A DNA stretch of 64,000 nucleotides from Gammaproteobacteria bacterium (lineage in GTDB: Bacteria > Pseudomonadota > Gammaproteobacteria > JBCCGL01): assembly GCA_965277715.1 (NCBI GenBank), contig OZ255836.1, positions 1,728,001 through 1,792,000 on the forward strand. The letters run 5' to 3'. The position numbers and the translations under genes were made by a program. Under the pieces are notes generated by a model that did not search any database, had not been told where the DNA came from, and saw only the letters and a list, made by a program, of their open reading frames with translations. Position 1 is the first letter of the stretch. The number at the start of each line of letters is the position of its first letter. Positions 23,293 through 34,251 of this stretch are shown here, piece after piece.

Positions 23293-26200
23293 GCGATTCC
23301 TTCGTGTAACTGTTGTAAACGGTAAACCGAAATGCCAGCGCCAATTTGTGCCTGGCTATGCAGGGCAGCACAGATAGCTTCGCCCCCAGCAATAGTAGTA
23401 GTGTAGGTAATTTTTTTATTCAATGCTTCACGCCGGATGGCGTAGGAGTCATTGATTGCCGATTTGCCTTCAGTGGTGTTGATAATCATATTGATTTCAT
23501 TGTTTTTAATCATATCGACAATATGCGGACGGCCCTCCTTGACTTTGTTGGCTGTTTTGCAGGCCAGCCCGGCAGATTCGATAGCCTGTGCCGTACCACT
23601 GGTGGCCAGCAGCTTAAAGCCAGCATCGTGCAGTTTTCCCGCCATCGACACAGCGTTGGGTTTGTCACGATCCCGCACACTGATAAACACACGGCCCTCG
23701 CTGGGAATACGACTGCCCGCCGCCAACATGCCCTTTAAAAACGCCTCGCCAAAGTCGGCACCGACCGACATTACTTCGCCCGTCGATTTCATCTCCGGGC
23801 CAAGCAATGGGTCGACACCGGGAAATTTAACAAAGGGGAAAACCGATTCCTTAACATTGAAATATCGGGGAATGCGCTCTTTCAAATACCCCTGACGGGC
23901 AAGTGAAACACCCGCCATACAGCGCGCCGCCACTTTCGCCAGCGGCAACCCGGTGGCTTTGGAAACAAACGGCACAGTGCGCGAAGCGCGTGGATTGACT
24001 TCGAGCACGTAAATATCATCCCCCTTAATGGCGAACTGGGTATTCATCAGGCCAACCACTTTGAGTCCACGCGCCATAGCGATAACCTGCTCGCGCATAC
24101 GGTCCTGAAGTGATACCGACAGGGAAAAGGGTGGCAGTGAGCACGCCGAATCACCCGAGTGTACCCCTGCCTGTTCGATATGCTCCATAATGCCGCCGAT
24201 CAGCACATCCGTGCCATCGCATATCGCGTCGACATCGACCTCAATAGCGTCATCCAAAAAGCGATCCAGCAACACCGGGGAATCATTCGATACCTGTACA
24301 GCCTTGGTCATGTAGCGGTGCAGTGCTTCAACATCGTGCACAATCTCCATCGCCCGCCCGCCGAGCACGTATGAGGGCCGTACCACCAGAGGGTAACCGA
24401 TTTCCTCAGCCATCAGCACAGCCTGCGGCTCATCACGCGCCGTGCGGTTGGGGGGTTGGCGCAGGCCGAGCCGGTCGATCAACTGCTGAAAGCGTTCACG
24501 GTCTTCAGCCAGGTCAATCGAATCCGGGCTGGTGCCGATGATGGGTACACCGACCGCTTCCAGCGCACGCGCCAGTTTCAACGGGGTTTGCCCACCGTAC
24601 TGCACAATCACCCCATGGGGTCGCTCGATCCGTACCACTTCCAGCACGTCTTCAAGGGTCAGAGGTTCAAAATATAAACGATCAGAGGTGTCGTAATCCG
24701 TTGAGACAGTTTCGGGGTTACAGTTGACCATAATGGTTTCATAACCGTCTTCACGCATCGCCAACGCGGCGTGCACACAGCAGTAATCGAACTCGATGCC
24801 CTGGCCGATACGATTGGGACCACCACCCAACACAATAATTTTCTTCCGCTGCGATGGATTCGCCTCACACTCTTCCTCGTAGGTGGAATACATATACGCC
24901 GTGCTGGAGGCAAACTCCGCAGCACAGGTATCGACACGTTTGTACACCGGGAAAATACCCAGTTGGTGGCGGTGCGCCCGCAGCGCGTGCTCATCACACT
25001 GCAACAGACTGGCGAGGCGGCTGTCGGCAAACCCTTTACGCTTTAGTACGAACAGTTCCGCCTTAACCAACGATGCCAAATCGCGGCCACTCAGCGCTGT
25101 TTCGCTGCGCACGATATCTTCGATCTGCACCAAAAACCACGGGTCAATTTTACTTAACGCGTGTACGCGCTCAGTGGAGTAGCCGCGACGATAGGCATCG
25201 GCCACATACCAGATACGGTGCTCACCCGGCTGTCGCAGCTCGGCGTCGATCAACTCTTCGGCGTTTTCCTGTGGCATATCAGTCGCGACCATAGGGTTAA
25301 AGCCATCGGTGCCGATTTCCAGCCCGCGCAGGGCTTTTTGCAACGACTCCTGCTGGGTGCGCCCAATCGCCATTACCTCGCCCACCGATTTCATTTGCGT
25401 GGTTAAGCGCGCATCCGCCTGGGGAAACTTTTCAAAGGTAAAGCGCGGTATTTTGGTGACGACATAATCGATACTAGGCTCAAAAGATGCTGGGGTAATC
25501 CCCCCCGTAATATCATTTTTCAGCTCGTCGAGGGTGTAACCCACTGCCAGTTTCGCCGCCACCTTGGCAATCGGAAACCCTGTCGCCTTGGAGGCCAGCG
25601 CAGAAGAGCGCGAGACGCGGGGGTTCATCTCGATAACGATCATTGCACCGTTTTCAGGATTGATAGCGAACTGTACGTTGGAACCGCCCGTCTCAACACC
25701 AATTTTGCGCAACACCGCCAGCGAGGCATTGCGCATCAATTGATATTCTTTATCCGTCAGTGTTTGTGCGGGGGCGACTGTAATTGAATCGCCCGTGTGT
25801 ACGCCCATGGGGTCGAGGTTTTCAATCGAGCAGATGATAATGCAGTTATCTTTTTTATCCCGCACCACTTCCATTTCATACTCTTTCCAGCCGAGTACCG
25901 ATTCTTCCAGCAGTACTTCGGTGGTAGGTGAGAGATCCAGGCCACGGCGTATGATCGCCTCAAATTCCTCAATGTTATAGGCAATGCCGCCGCCGCTGCC
26001 CCCCATCGTAAACGAGGGGCGGATAATGCACGGAAAACCAATTGATGCCTGCCCTTGCAGCGCCTCTTCCATGCTGTGGGCGATAAAGGCACGCGGTGTC
26101 GCCAAGCCAATATCCGACATCGCTTTGCGAAACAAATCGCGGTCTTCAGCCATATCGATGGCATCTCGCGAGGCACCGATCATCTGCACATTGTATTTGC

Positions 26201-26525
26201 TGAGCACGCCTTCACGCTCAAGATCGAGCGCACAATTGAGTGCCGTTTGCCCGCCCATCGTCGGCAATAGAGCATCGGGTTTTTCAATGTCGATAATGCG
26301 CTCTACCACCCGCCAGTCGATGGGTTCAATATAAATCGAATCCGCTGTGTCCGGGTCGGTCATTATCGTCGCCGGATTCGAGTTGATCAAAATAACCCGG
26401 TACCCCTCCTGCTTGAGAGCCTTGCAGGCCTGCGCCCCGGAATAATCAAATTCACACGCCTGGCCGATCACGATTGGTCCCGCGCCGATAATCAAAACCG
26501 ACCGGATATCTGTGCGCTTTGGCAT
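23289..26525 (-). CDS. carB: Carbamoyl-phosphate synthase large subunit
   Basis: MPKRTDI...[17 protein letters not shown]; duplicated ATP-grasp and MGS domain. Confidence 0.99.
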   Translation of the reverse strand: MPKRTDIRSVLIIGAGPIVIGQACEFDYSGAQACKALKQEGYRVILINSNPATIMTDPDTADSIYIEPIDWRVVERIIDIEKPDALLPTMGGQTALNCALDLEREGVLSKYNVQMIGASRDAIDMAEDRDLFRKAMSDIGLATPRAFIAHSMEEALQGQASIGFPCIIRPSFTMGGSGGGIAYNIEEFEAIIRRGLDLSPTTEVLLEESVLGWKEYEMEVVRDKKDNCIIICSIENLDPMGVHTGDSITVAPAQTLTDKEYQLMRNASLAVLRKIGVETGGSNVQFAINPENGAMIVIEMNPRVSRSSALASKATGFPIAKVAAKLAVGYTLDELKNDITGGITPASFEPSIDYVVTKIPRFTFEKFPQADARLTTQMKSVGEVMAIGRTQQESLQKALRGLEIGTDGFNPMVATDMPQENAEELIDAELRQPGEHRIWYVADAYRRGYSTERVHALSKIDPWFLVQIEDIVRSETALSGRDLASLVKAELFVLKRKGFADSRLASLLQCDEHALRAHRHQLGIFPVYKRVDTCAAEFASSTAYMYSTYEEECEANPSQRKKIIVLGGGPNRIGQGIEFDYCCVHAALAMREDGYETIMVNCNPETVSTDYDTSDRLYFEPLTLEDVLEVVRIERPHGVIVQYGGQTPLKLARALEAVGVPIIGTSPDSIDLAEDRERFQQLIDRLGLRQPPNRTARDEPQAVLMAEEIGYPLVVRPSYVLGGRAMEIVHDVEALHRYMTKAVQVSNDSPVLLDRFLDDAIEVDVDAICDGTDVLIGGIMEHIEQAGVHSGDSACSLPPFSLSVSLQDRMREQVIAMARGLKVVGLMNTQFAIKGDDIYVLEVNPRASRTVPFVSKATGLPLAKVAARCMAGVSLARQGYLKERIPRYFNVKESVFPFVKFPGVDPLLGPEMKSTGEVMSVGADFGEAFLKGMLAAGSRIPSEGRVFISVRDRDKPNAVSMAGKLHDAGFKLLATSGTAQAIESAGLACKTANKVKEGRPHIVDMIKNNEINMIINTTEGKSAINDSYAIRREALNKKITYTTTIAGGEAICAALHSQAQIGAGISVYRLQQLHEGIA

Positions 26526-27661
26526 CAGGCGTGCGCCTCCATAAGGTGGATAAAGTGGCCGAACAGCGGCGCCATATCGTGTGGTCCAGGGCTGGCTTCA
26601 GGGTGTCCCTGAAAACCGAACGCCGGGTAATCGGTACACTCGACGCCCTGCAAAGACCCGTCGAATAGCGAGCGGTGTGTGGCCTTGAGCGTATCCGGCA
26701 GGGTCGATTCGTCGAGAGCAAAACCGTGGTTTTGGCTACTGATCATCACTGTGCCATCCGCCAGGTTTTGCACCGGGTGATTGGCGCCGTGATGGCCGAA
26801 TTTCATCTTCAGGGTTTTTGCACCACAGGCCAGGCCGAGCAATTGCAAACCGAGGCAGATGCCAAAAGTGGGCACGCCCGCTGCGAGTATTTCCCGAATC
26901 GCGGCAATTGCGTAGTCGCACGGCTCCGGGTCACCGGGGCCATTGGAGAGAAACACGCCATCGGGATTCATCGCCAGCACATCGGCAGCGCTCATTTGCG
27001 CAGGCACGACAGTCACCCGGCAACCACGCTCGACCAGCATTCGGAGAATATTCCGCTTAACCCCAAAGTCGTAGGCCACCACGTGAAAGCGGATTTGCTC
27101 CGGCGTGCTATCCGCTGGCAAACCGTGTGTTAACGACCAACAACCCTGTTGCCAGTTATACGCAGCAGGTGTGCTGACTTCCCTGGCCAAATCCATCCCC
27201 TGCAAACCGGCAAAACCGCAGGCTGCCTGTATTGCCTGCTCCACATCCGGGGTATCCGATGCGACAATACAACCACTTTGTGCCCCCTTCTCGCGCAATA
27301 TACGGGTGAGCTTGCGGGTATCGATACCTGCGATAGCGACAACATGGTTGTCACGCAGATAATGATCGAGTGGTTGTTGGTTGCGAAAGTTGCTCGCCAA
27401 AAGTGGTAGATCACGAATCACTAATCCGGCACAGAACGTCCGTATGGATTCTTCGTCTTCGCTGTTGGTGCCGGTGTTACCAATATGCGGATAGGTGAGG
27501 GTGACAATTTGCCTGGCGTAAGAGGGGTCGGTGAGAATTTCCTGATAGCCGGTCATCGCTGTATTAAAAACGACCTCGGCAACAGACTGCCCCTGTGCCC
27601 CGATGGAATAGCCGTGGAAGATACTGCCATCTTCCAATGCAAGGATCGCCGGTGTATGCAA
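26525..27661 (-). CDS. carA: Carbamoyl-phosphate synthase small subunit
   Basis: [25 protein letters not shown] and QGHPEA. TTG start at 27661 with a GGAGG RBS. Confidence 0.98.
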   Translation of the reverse strand: MHTPAILALEDGSIFHGYSIGAQGQSVAEVVFNTAMTGYQEILTDPSYARQIVTLTYPHIGNTGTNSEDEESIRTFCAGLVIRDLPLLASNFRNQQPLDHYLRDNHVVAIAGIDTRKLTRILREKGAQSGCIVASDTPDVEQAIQAACGFAGLQGMDLAREVSTPAAYNWQQGCWSLTHGLPADSTPEQIRFHVVAYDFGVKRNILRMLVERGCRVTVVPAQMSAADVLAMNPDGVFLSNGPGDPEPCDYAIAAIREILAAGVPTFGICLGLQLLGLACGAKTLKMKFGHHGANHPVQNLADGTVMISSQNHGFALDESTLPDTLKATHRSLFDGSLQGVECTDYPAFGFQGHPEASPGPHDMAPLFGHFIHLMEAHA

Positions 27662-27680
27662 GTGCCCTCCGCAGACGCAC

Positions 27681-27713
27681 AAAACGGGAAGCGTCCAGGA
27701 CGTTTCCCGCTTT
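27681..27713 (-). promoter_or_regulatory. Terminator-like hairpin in the carA leader (possible attenuator)
   Basis: Minus strand AAAGCGGGAAACGTCCTGGACGCTTCCCGTTTT lies just before the carA RBS. Confidence 0.55.
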
Positions 27714-27875
27714 AAGTAATGGGTTGATTGAGGTTAGCACCCAATCAAAAATCGGGCGCAATTTTAACACGTCGCCTCTATTTGTCACGCGCAAAAATAA
27801 CCCGATGGTTGCCCTGGGTTTCTACTACACCCACAAGTAGTGGCATAATCTTACAAAATGCAGAGACTTCCCTAT

Positions 27876-30710
27876 ATGAAAAAATGGTTTTTGATTGCCC
27901 TCACGCTCTTGTGTACCGCACCACCGAGCCAGGCTGTAGACCCTTCGCTCAACTGGAAGACCCTGCACACCGCACATTTTTATATTCACTTTACCCATAA
28001 CCAAGAACCCATCGCACGCCGCCTGGCAAACATCGCCGAACAGGTACACGACGACCTAAGTGACTGGATAAGCTGGCAACCCGGCGAACCAACCCACATC
28101 GTGCTATCCGACGAAAGCGATGTCGCCAATGGTCTCGCCAGCCCCATCCCCTACAATCGTAGCGTACTGTTTTTAACCCCACCCAACGGTATCGACAGCC
28201 TTGAGGATTACCACGACTGGCTGACGCTGTTATTCACCCACGAGTACACACACATACTGCACCTCGATAAAGGCACGGGGTTAGCCGCTGCTGGCCGCAA
28301 CATCTTTGGTCGTTATTTCCTGTTTTTCCCCAACCTTATCCAACCGCGTTGGTTTATTGAGGGCTTAGCGGTACAGCACGAAACCAGCCGCGAGATAGGG
28401 GTAGGCCGTGGTCAGAGCAGTTATTTTCATATGCTGATGCGTAGCGAGATTGCCCAGGGTATTAAGCCCGTGGCGCAGGTTAACCAGCTTGTACGCAGTT
28501 GGCCCGCCGGGGCCGTACCGTATTTATACGGCACGCATTTCTTACAGTTCATTGAAGAAAAATACGGTGAGCAGGCCGTAAAAAAGTGGATAGACGGCTA
28601 CAGCGACAACCTGATCCCGGCCCGTCTGAACAGTACTGCACGCAGTGCAGTGGGCCAGTCACTGCCACAGTTGTGGTATGCATTCTCAGCTTGGCTGGAA
28701 CAAACCTATGCCAAACAAAATACGATTACCCACGCATCCCCCTTGACCGAGGGTGAGCGACTGACCCACCACGGATTTCGCACCGGCTCGATCAATCAAG
28801 ACAGTGAAGGTAATTTATATTACGTGCGCGAAGACCAACTGCGCCATACGGCACTGATGCGGCGTAATCACGTCGGCGATACGCGTGAACTGGCCGATTT
28901 GAATAACGGCGCCCTGATTGATGTACATAAGCAGCGCGGGGTGTTGATTGCACAACCAGAGGTGTGCAACAACGTCTCCATTTACTACGATTTATTTCAA
29001 TACCGCGAAGACCAGGGTTTGCAACGCCTCACCCACTGCGCACGCTATGTATTTGCCCGCTGGCACCCGGAGGGAGAGAAAATAGCCGCCGCCCAGGTGA
29101 CAAACGGCAATAGCGCACTGCATTTGCTCAATGCACAAGGCGTCAGTGAGGCAACTTTATGGCAGGCTGAACACGGTGAAACCCTGGGCAGCTTCGACTG
29201 GTCACCCGATGGCGAGCGCCTGGTTGCCGCTATCTGGCGGCCACAGCTCGGCTGGAATATCGAAGAGTTTGTTGTCGCCAGTCGCCAATGGATAGCGATC
29301 ACCGACTCGCCGTTGATCGAATCCTCGCCCCGCTACAGCGCAGACGGCAAGCACCTCTATTTCAGCGCCGAATACGGCGGGGTTTACAATATTTGGCAGT
29401 ATTCACCTGCGCAACAGCAATTCAGCCAGATGAGCAATGTACCCACCGGCGCGTTCCAGCCATTAATTGGCCACGATGGCGCGCTGTATTACATCGGCAA
29501 TCACGCACAGGGATTTGATATTTACCAGCTCGACCAGATGGTGGCAATCAGCACCCGCGACGCTGCACCTGTAACGCCGCTAATGCCCGCCCCCAACACA
29601 ACGCTATTACAAACCGGAGAAGTCAAAGACTACGCACCGCTGTCATCACTGCGGCCACGGGCCTGGTTTCCCCATTTGGTACTGAGCGACGGCGCCAATG
29701 AAATCGGTGCCACTGTCGACGGCAGCGATGCGATCAACCGACACAACTACGTGGCGACCCTGGCCTATGATATTGACAACAACTACCCCGTAGGCGGTTT
29801 CTCTTATCGCTACACACCGTTCAACTGGGCGAGCCTGCAAATAGCCGCCATCCGTTTTAATGATGTCACCCTGGATAACAACGACAGGGCCGTACGGATT
29901 CGCCGCGAAGACCAGCTACACCTGAATGTGCGCTTCCCTTTCAGCGGCCTGGCCAGATCCTGGCATATCCTCACAGGGCTGAGCAGCTCGCATGAATCTG
30001 ACCAAGAGACAGCGATTGGCATCACCCGGCGGGCAGACACGCGTGACAATATCGCCGGGGTGGGCCTGCTCTACTCAGATACTGACGAACAACTGCGTGC
30101 TATCAGCCCCGCCGATGGTCGTGAAATACGCCTGACGGCAGAAAACAGCGGAGTGCTTAACAGCGATTTCAGCGGCAATGTCTACCTGCTCGACTGGCGC
30201 GAATTTGTGCGCTTGGGTACGTCAGATCACGTGTTGGGTTTACGCTATGTACGCGGCCACGGCACCGACAACCCACGGCCATTTGAGCTGGGGGGAATTG
30301 GCTCTGGGTCTATTATCGGCCTGCTCAATGGCAATAACGGCGGGGCGGCTTTATTGAACCAACGGCTGTACGAATTTCGCGGCTACGATAGCAGCGTGTT
30401 CGGGTTAATTGGCCGACGCATGCAACTGCTCAGCGCCGAGTGGCGCTTCCCCATCAGCTTGATTGAGCGTGGCTGGATGGCACCGCCGGTGGGATTAAAC
30501 CGGCTCTCTGCACGTGTATTTATCGAAAATGCAGCGGCCTGGCAGGGCAGCAGCCCCCAACGCACCTTCTCATCCGCTGGATTTGAATTGCACCTCGACG
30601 TCAACGCCCTATACTTCGACGACTTTCGTCTTCGACTTGGTTACGCACACGGTTTTGATGACGTGTTGGGAGAGGATCAATTATACCTGGCCATTGGCGG
30701 TGGTTTTTAA
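27876..30710 (+). CDS. Outer-membrane protein: gluzincin-like peptidase + TolB/WD40-like propeller + Omp85/BamA-like barrel
   Basis: Signal peptide MKKWFLIAL...SQA; HEYTH plus WFIEGLA; propeller repeats WSPDGER and YSADGKHL; FRGY and SAEWRFP barrel motifs; C-terminal Phe. Confidence 0.8.
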   Translation: MKKWFLIALTLLCTAPPSQAVDPSLNWKTLHTAHFYIHFTHNQEPIARRLANIAEQVHDDLSDWISWQPGEPTHIVLSDESDVANGLASPIPYNRSVLFLTPPNGIDSLEDYHDWLTLLFTHEYTHILHLDKGTGLAAAGRNIFGRYFLFFPNLIQPRWFIEGLAVQHETSREIGVGRGQSSYFHMLMRSEIAQGIKPVAQVNQLVRSWPAGAVPYLYGTHFLQFIEEKYGEQAVKKWIDGYSDNLIPARLNSTARSAVGQSLPQLWYAFSAWLEQTYAKQNTITHASPLTEGERLTHHGFRTGSINQDSEGNLYYVREDQLRHTALMRRNHVGDTRELADLNNGALIDVHKQRGVLIAQPEVCNNVSIYYDLFQYREDQGLQRLTHCARYVFARWHPEGEKIAAAQVTNGNSALHLLNAQGVSEATLWQAEHGETLGSFDWSPDGERLVAAIWRPQLGWNIEEFVVASRQWIAITDSPLIESSPRYSADGKHLYFSAEYGGVYNIWQYSPAQQQFSQMSNVPTGAFQPLIGHDGALYYIGNHAQGFDIYQLDQMVAISTRDAAPVTPLMPAPNTTLLQTGEVKDYAPLSSLRPRAWFPHLVLSDGANEIGATVDGSDAINRHNYVATLAYDIDNNYPVGGFSYRYTPFNWASLQIAAIRFNDVTLDNNDRAVRIRREDQLHLNVRFPFSGLARSWHILTGLSSSHESDQETAIGITRRADTRDNIAGVGLLYSDTDEQLRAISPADGREIRLTAENSGVLNSDFSGNVYLLDWREFVRLGTSDHVLGLRYVRGHGTDNPRPFELGGIGSGSIIGLLNGNNGGAALLNQRLYEFRGYDSSVFGLIGRRMQLLSAEWRFPISLIERGWMAPPVGLNRLSARVFIENAAAWQGSSPQRTFSSAGFELHLDVNALYFDDFRLRLGYAHGFDDVLGEDQLYLAIGGGF

Positions 30711-31219
30711 TGAGCCTGGGAATATTTTTTATCCCGGTTACCCAACCGGGCAAATTGGCACTGTTGCCACACCCCCGCACAGGCAATAGCAGTGACAATA
30801 ACACGTTAAAAAGTGAATTAAACGCATTGCGGACACAAGGCATTGATAGGTTGGTATCATTGTTGACGAACACTGAATCGCATGATCTTGGCCTTGCCAA
30901 TGAAGCCGCCTTATTCACAGCGCTTGGTGGTGAATTCACTGCGTTCCCAATCCCCGACATGTGCCTACCAGATCAGCCGCACGCTTTTATGCAATTGGCC
31001 TGCACACTCGCCGACGACATCGTACAAGGTCGCCATATCGCCATTCACTGCCGCGCCGGAATCGGTCGCTCCGGTATGTTGGGCTGTAGCGTATTGCATT
31101 ACCTTGGCATGAATATCGACAATGCCCTTGCTCACATTGGCAAATACCGTGGTCTGCGCATACCAGACACTTGCGAACAGGAAAACTGGCTACGTCAAAA
31201 CCTGCCGACCAACCAATGA
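30710..31219 (+). CDS. Cys-based protein tyrosine/dual-specificity phosphatase (CDKN3-like)
   Basis: HCRAGIGRSG P-loop and FPIPD general-acid loop. Confidence 0.88.
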   Translation: MSLGIFFIPVTQPGKLALLPHPRTGNSSDNNTLKSELNALRTQGIDRLVSLLTNTESHDLGLANEAALFTALGGEFTAFPIPDMCLPDQPHAFMQLACTLADDIVQGRHIAIHCRAGIGRSGMLGCSVLHYLGMNIDNALAHIGKYRGLRIPDTCEQENWLRQNLPTNQ

Positions 31220-31238
31220 TGAGAGGAATACGCCAAAT

Positions 31239-31580
31239 ATGACTGAAACCACCGCGCAAATCGACAACTTTCATGCACATATTTACTTCGACGCCGCTAC
31301 TTATCAACAAGCGGATCAACTCTGCCAACGCGCAGGAGAACACTTTGATCTAACAGTGGGCCAAATGCTGAAGAAACCCGTAGGCCCGCACCCGATGTGG
31401 AGCTGCCAACTGTTATTCAAACCCACATTATTTGGCGAAGTCATCCCATGGTTAGCACTCAACCGCAATGGACTAATTGTCTTCATCCACGCCACCACCG
31501 GCGACCACCTGAAAGACCACACCGATCACGCTATATGGATGGGTGAAAAATGCACATTAGACCTATCAATTTTTAATTAA
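31239..31580 (+). CDS. DOPA 4,5-dioxygenase family protein
   Basis: FHAHIYFD, PVGPHP and IHATTG...DHTDHAIWMG. Start at ATG 31239 with GAGG RBS. Confidence 0.88.
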   Translation: MTETTAQIDNFHAHIYFDAATYQQADQLCQRAGEHFDLTVGQMLKKPVGPHPMWSCQLLFKPTLFGEVIPWLALNRNGLIVFIHATTGDHLKDHTDHAIWMGEKCTLDLSIFN

Positions 31581-31585
31581 TACAT

Positions 31586-31670
31586 CAGGAGCAGTTGCCG
31601 ACGACTGTAGGGACACAGAAGATAGAGCAACGCAGGAGCAGTTGCCGACGACTGTATGGATACAGGAGTG
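31586..31670. repeat. Intergenic direct repeat (24-bp identical unit, 47-bp period)
   Basis: CAGGAGCAGTTGCCGACGACTGTA at 31586 and 31633, followed by GGGACACAG and TGGATACAG respectively. Confidence 0.8.
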
Positions 31671-31771
31671 AGCAAAAATTAATATCGATTTATTACAAAA
31701 AAACCCTCATAGTTAAGCGATCAACGCTTAAACCTAGAAAATGCACCACAGCGACCAGCGGATAAACATTA

Positions 31772-32950
31772 ATGACCCAACGCCCCTCCCCTACCCAAGC
31801 ACAACGCACCACAATACAAGCCTGGCGGCACGACATTCACCGCCACCCAGAACTGGCCTTTGAAGAACAACGCACCGCCGAAAAAGTCATAAAACTACTC
31901 ACCTCCTTCGGTATTCAGGTACACACAGGCATTGGTAAAACAGGCGTTGTCGGCGTACTAAAAAAGGGTAGCAGCACACGCGCTATTGGCCTACGCGCCG
32001 ATATGGATGCACTAAAAATCCTCGAACAAAACAACTTCGAACACTGTTCCCAAAATCCGGGGAAAATGCACGCCTGCGGCCACGACGGCCATACCGCCAT
32101 GCTGCTCGGTGCAGCACAATACCTGGCCGAATCAGCCGTATTTGATGGCACCGTAGTGTTTATCTTCCAGCCCGCCGAAGAGCACGGCGATGGCGCCAAA
32201 GCAATGATTGCAGACGGTCTGTTCGAGCGCTTTCCTGTCGATGCGGTATACGCCATCCACAACTTTCCATCACTCACAGTAGGCAAATTTGCCGTGCGCG
32301 CCGGGTCGATTATGGCGGCAGAGGATAACTTTGAAATCACCGTCAATGGCACCGGATGCCACGCCGCAATGCCCCATTTAGGCAAAGACTCAATCGTCAT
32401 CGGCGCGGAGATTATCACCGCCATGCAAACACTGGTATCGCGCACACTGGACCCCATCGATAGCGCGGTCGTCTCCTTCACCGAGTTCACCACCAACGGC
32501 ACAGTGAATGTCATACCCGGCCAAGTCATTTTAAAAGGCGATACGCGCTCACTCACCACCGATGTACAAGACCACATCGAACACACAATGGCGCGCATCG
32601 TCAGTGGTATATGCGCCGCACACGGCGCACATTACACCTTCAATTACCGGCGCAATTTTGTACCTACCATTAACACAGTAGCGGAAGCGGCGTTAGCCGC
32701 CGAGGTCGCACGCGGCGTGGTCGGTACAGACAATGTCGTCGGTGACAGCCGACCGATCATGGCTTCCGAGGATTTTGGCTATATGCTGCAGGCCAGGCCC
32801 GGCGCCTACCTGCTCCTCGGCAATGGCGAGGAAGGTGTGGGTGGTTGCAGCCTACACAATCCACACTATGACTTTAACGATGATATTCTTACCATCGGCG
32901 CCGACTTTTGGGTCGCACTGGTTGAATCACAACTCGCCGCCAGTCAATAA
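31772..32950 (+). CDS. M20D amidohydrolase (hippurate hydrolase-like)
   Basis: HRHPELAFEE, RADMDAL, MHACGHDGH, QPAEE, SEDFG and LHNPHYDFND. Confidence 0.93.
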   Translation: MTQRPSPTQAQRTTIQAWRHDIHRHPELAFEEQRTAEKVIKLLTSFGIQVHTGIGKTGVVGVLKKGSSTRAIGLRADMDALKILEQNNFEHCSQNPGKMHACGHDGHTAMLLGAAQYLAESAVFDGTVVFIFQPAEEHGDGAKAMIADGLFERFPVDAVYAIHNFPSLTVGKFAVRAGSIMAAEDNFEITVNGTGCHAAMPHLGKDSIVIGAEIITAMQTLVSRTLDPIDSAVVSFTEFTTNGTVNVIPGQVILKGDTRSLTTDVQDHIEHTMARIVSGICAAHGAHYTFNYRRNFVPTINTVAEAALAAEVARGVVGTDNVVGDSRPIMASEDFGYMLQARPGAYLLLGNGEEGVGGCSLHNPHYDFNDDILTIGADFWVALVESQLAASQ

Positions 32951-32987
32951 TATAGCGCACTGCCCTTCACGCCAGAGCCTCACCAAT

Positions 32988-34241
32988 ATGTACGATACCG
33001 CTTTCACCAACGCCTCCATCAAACATTTTCACAATGCAAAAACCGATGTGCGCAGCAACTGGCCTGCGGCGCTCAGTGAGATTATGAGCCCGGTAGCCAT
33101 TACCCAGGCGGTGAACGAAATTCAGCAGTGGCCGGCTTATGCCCCTACACCGTTACGACACTTCGATGGGTTGGCAACTCAGTTGGGGATTGCAGCGGTG
33201 TATTACAAAGACGAATCGACACGCTTTGGCCTGGGTAGTTTCAAAGCCCTCGGCGGTGCCTACGCGGTGCTGTGCCTGCTGCAACAGACGCTATCAAAAA
33301 CCACTGGCCGCGAAATCAGCTTTGAGGAAATCCGCAATGGCAGCCTCGCCGATAAAGCACAGGCGATCACCGTGGCCACCGCCACCGACGGCAACCACGG
33401 GCGTTCAGTGGCATGGGGCGCGCAGTTATTTGGTTGCCGCTGTGTGATCTACATCCACGCCGAAGTCAGCGAAGGGCGCAAGGCCGCTATGGAGGCCTTT
33501 GGTGCCACCGTCACGCGTGTCGATGGCAACTATGATCAATCGGTACACCAGGCGGCCAGTGATGCGGAGAAAAACGGCTGGTTTATCGTCTCTGATACAT
33601 CCTACAAAGGCTATACCGAACTACCCAAACACGTCGCCGCCGGTTATACCGTTTTTATGGATGAGGCAATGCAGTCAATGCCAGGGGGGCAACACGGTGG
33701 CCAAAATGGGCAGGCACCCATTACCCACGTATTTGTGCAGGGAGGCGTTGGCGGGCTGGCCAGCGCAGTATGCGGCTACCTATGGCAGAAATACGGGCAA
33801 AACAGACCACGCTTTATCATCGTCGAACCCGAGCTCGCCGACTGCCTGTACCAAAGTGCCGTTAACGATAAACCGACGGCTGTCAATATCACCGAAGAAA
33901 CCATTATGGCGGGCTTGTCCTGTGGTGAAGTGTCCTACCTCGGCTGGAAAATTCTCGCACCATCGGTGGATGACTTCCTCACCATCAGTGATGATCTGGT
34001 CGGCCCTACCATGTGTATGTTGGCAGCAGGCATCGAAGGTGCCAGCCCAGTCGTGGCAGGTGAATCGGCAGTGGCGGGGTTGGCCGCGTTGATTGCAACC
34101 AGAGATAACGCCGCACTGGCCGAAAGTCTTGGGCTAAATAGCAATAGTCGCGTATTGGTTATTGGCACGGAAGGAGCGACAGATCCAGTGATTTATCAAC
34201 GCATTGTTGGTCGGCCAGCACAAGAGGTAACGTTATGCTAA
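32988..34241 (+). CDS. Diaminopropionate ammonia-lyase (PLP)
   Basis: KDESTRFGLGSFKALGG, ATDGNHGRSVAWGA, VSDTSY, TIMAGLSCGE and TEGATD. Start at ATG 32988. Confidence 0.92.
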   Translation: MYDTAFTNASIKHFHNAKTDVRSNWPAALSEIMSPVAITQAVNEIQQWPAYAPTPLRHFDGLATQLGIAAVYYKDESTRFGLGSFKALGGAYAVLCLLQQTLSKTTGREISFEEIRNGSLADKAQAITVATATDGNHGRSVAWGAQLFGCRCVIYIHAEVSEGRKAAMEAFGATVTRVDGNYDQSVHQAASDAEKNGWFIVSDTSYKGYTELPKHVAAGYTVFMDEAMQSMPGGQHGGQNGQAPITHVFVQGGVGGLASAVCGYLWQKYGQNRPRFIIVEPELADCLYQSAVNDKPTAVNITEETIMAGLSCGEVSYLGWKILAPSVDDFLTISDDLVGPTMCMLAAGIEGASPVVAGESAVAGLAALIATRDNAALAESLGLNSNSRVLVIGTEGATDPVIYQRIVGRPAQEVTLC

Positions 34242-34251
34242 ATTCCCCCTA

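Noticed and set aside
31586-31670. Mini-CRISPR interpretation
   Set aside because: Only two units, the intervening sequence resembles the tail after the second unit, and there is no leader or cas gene.
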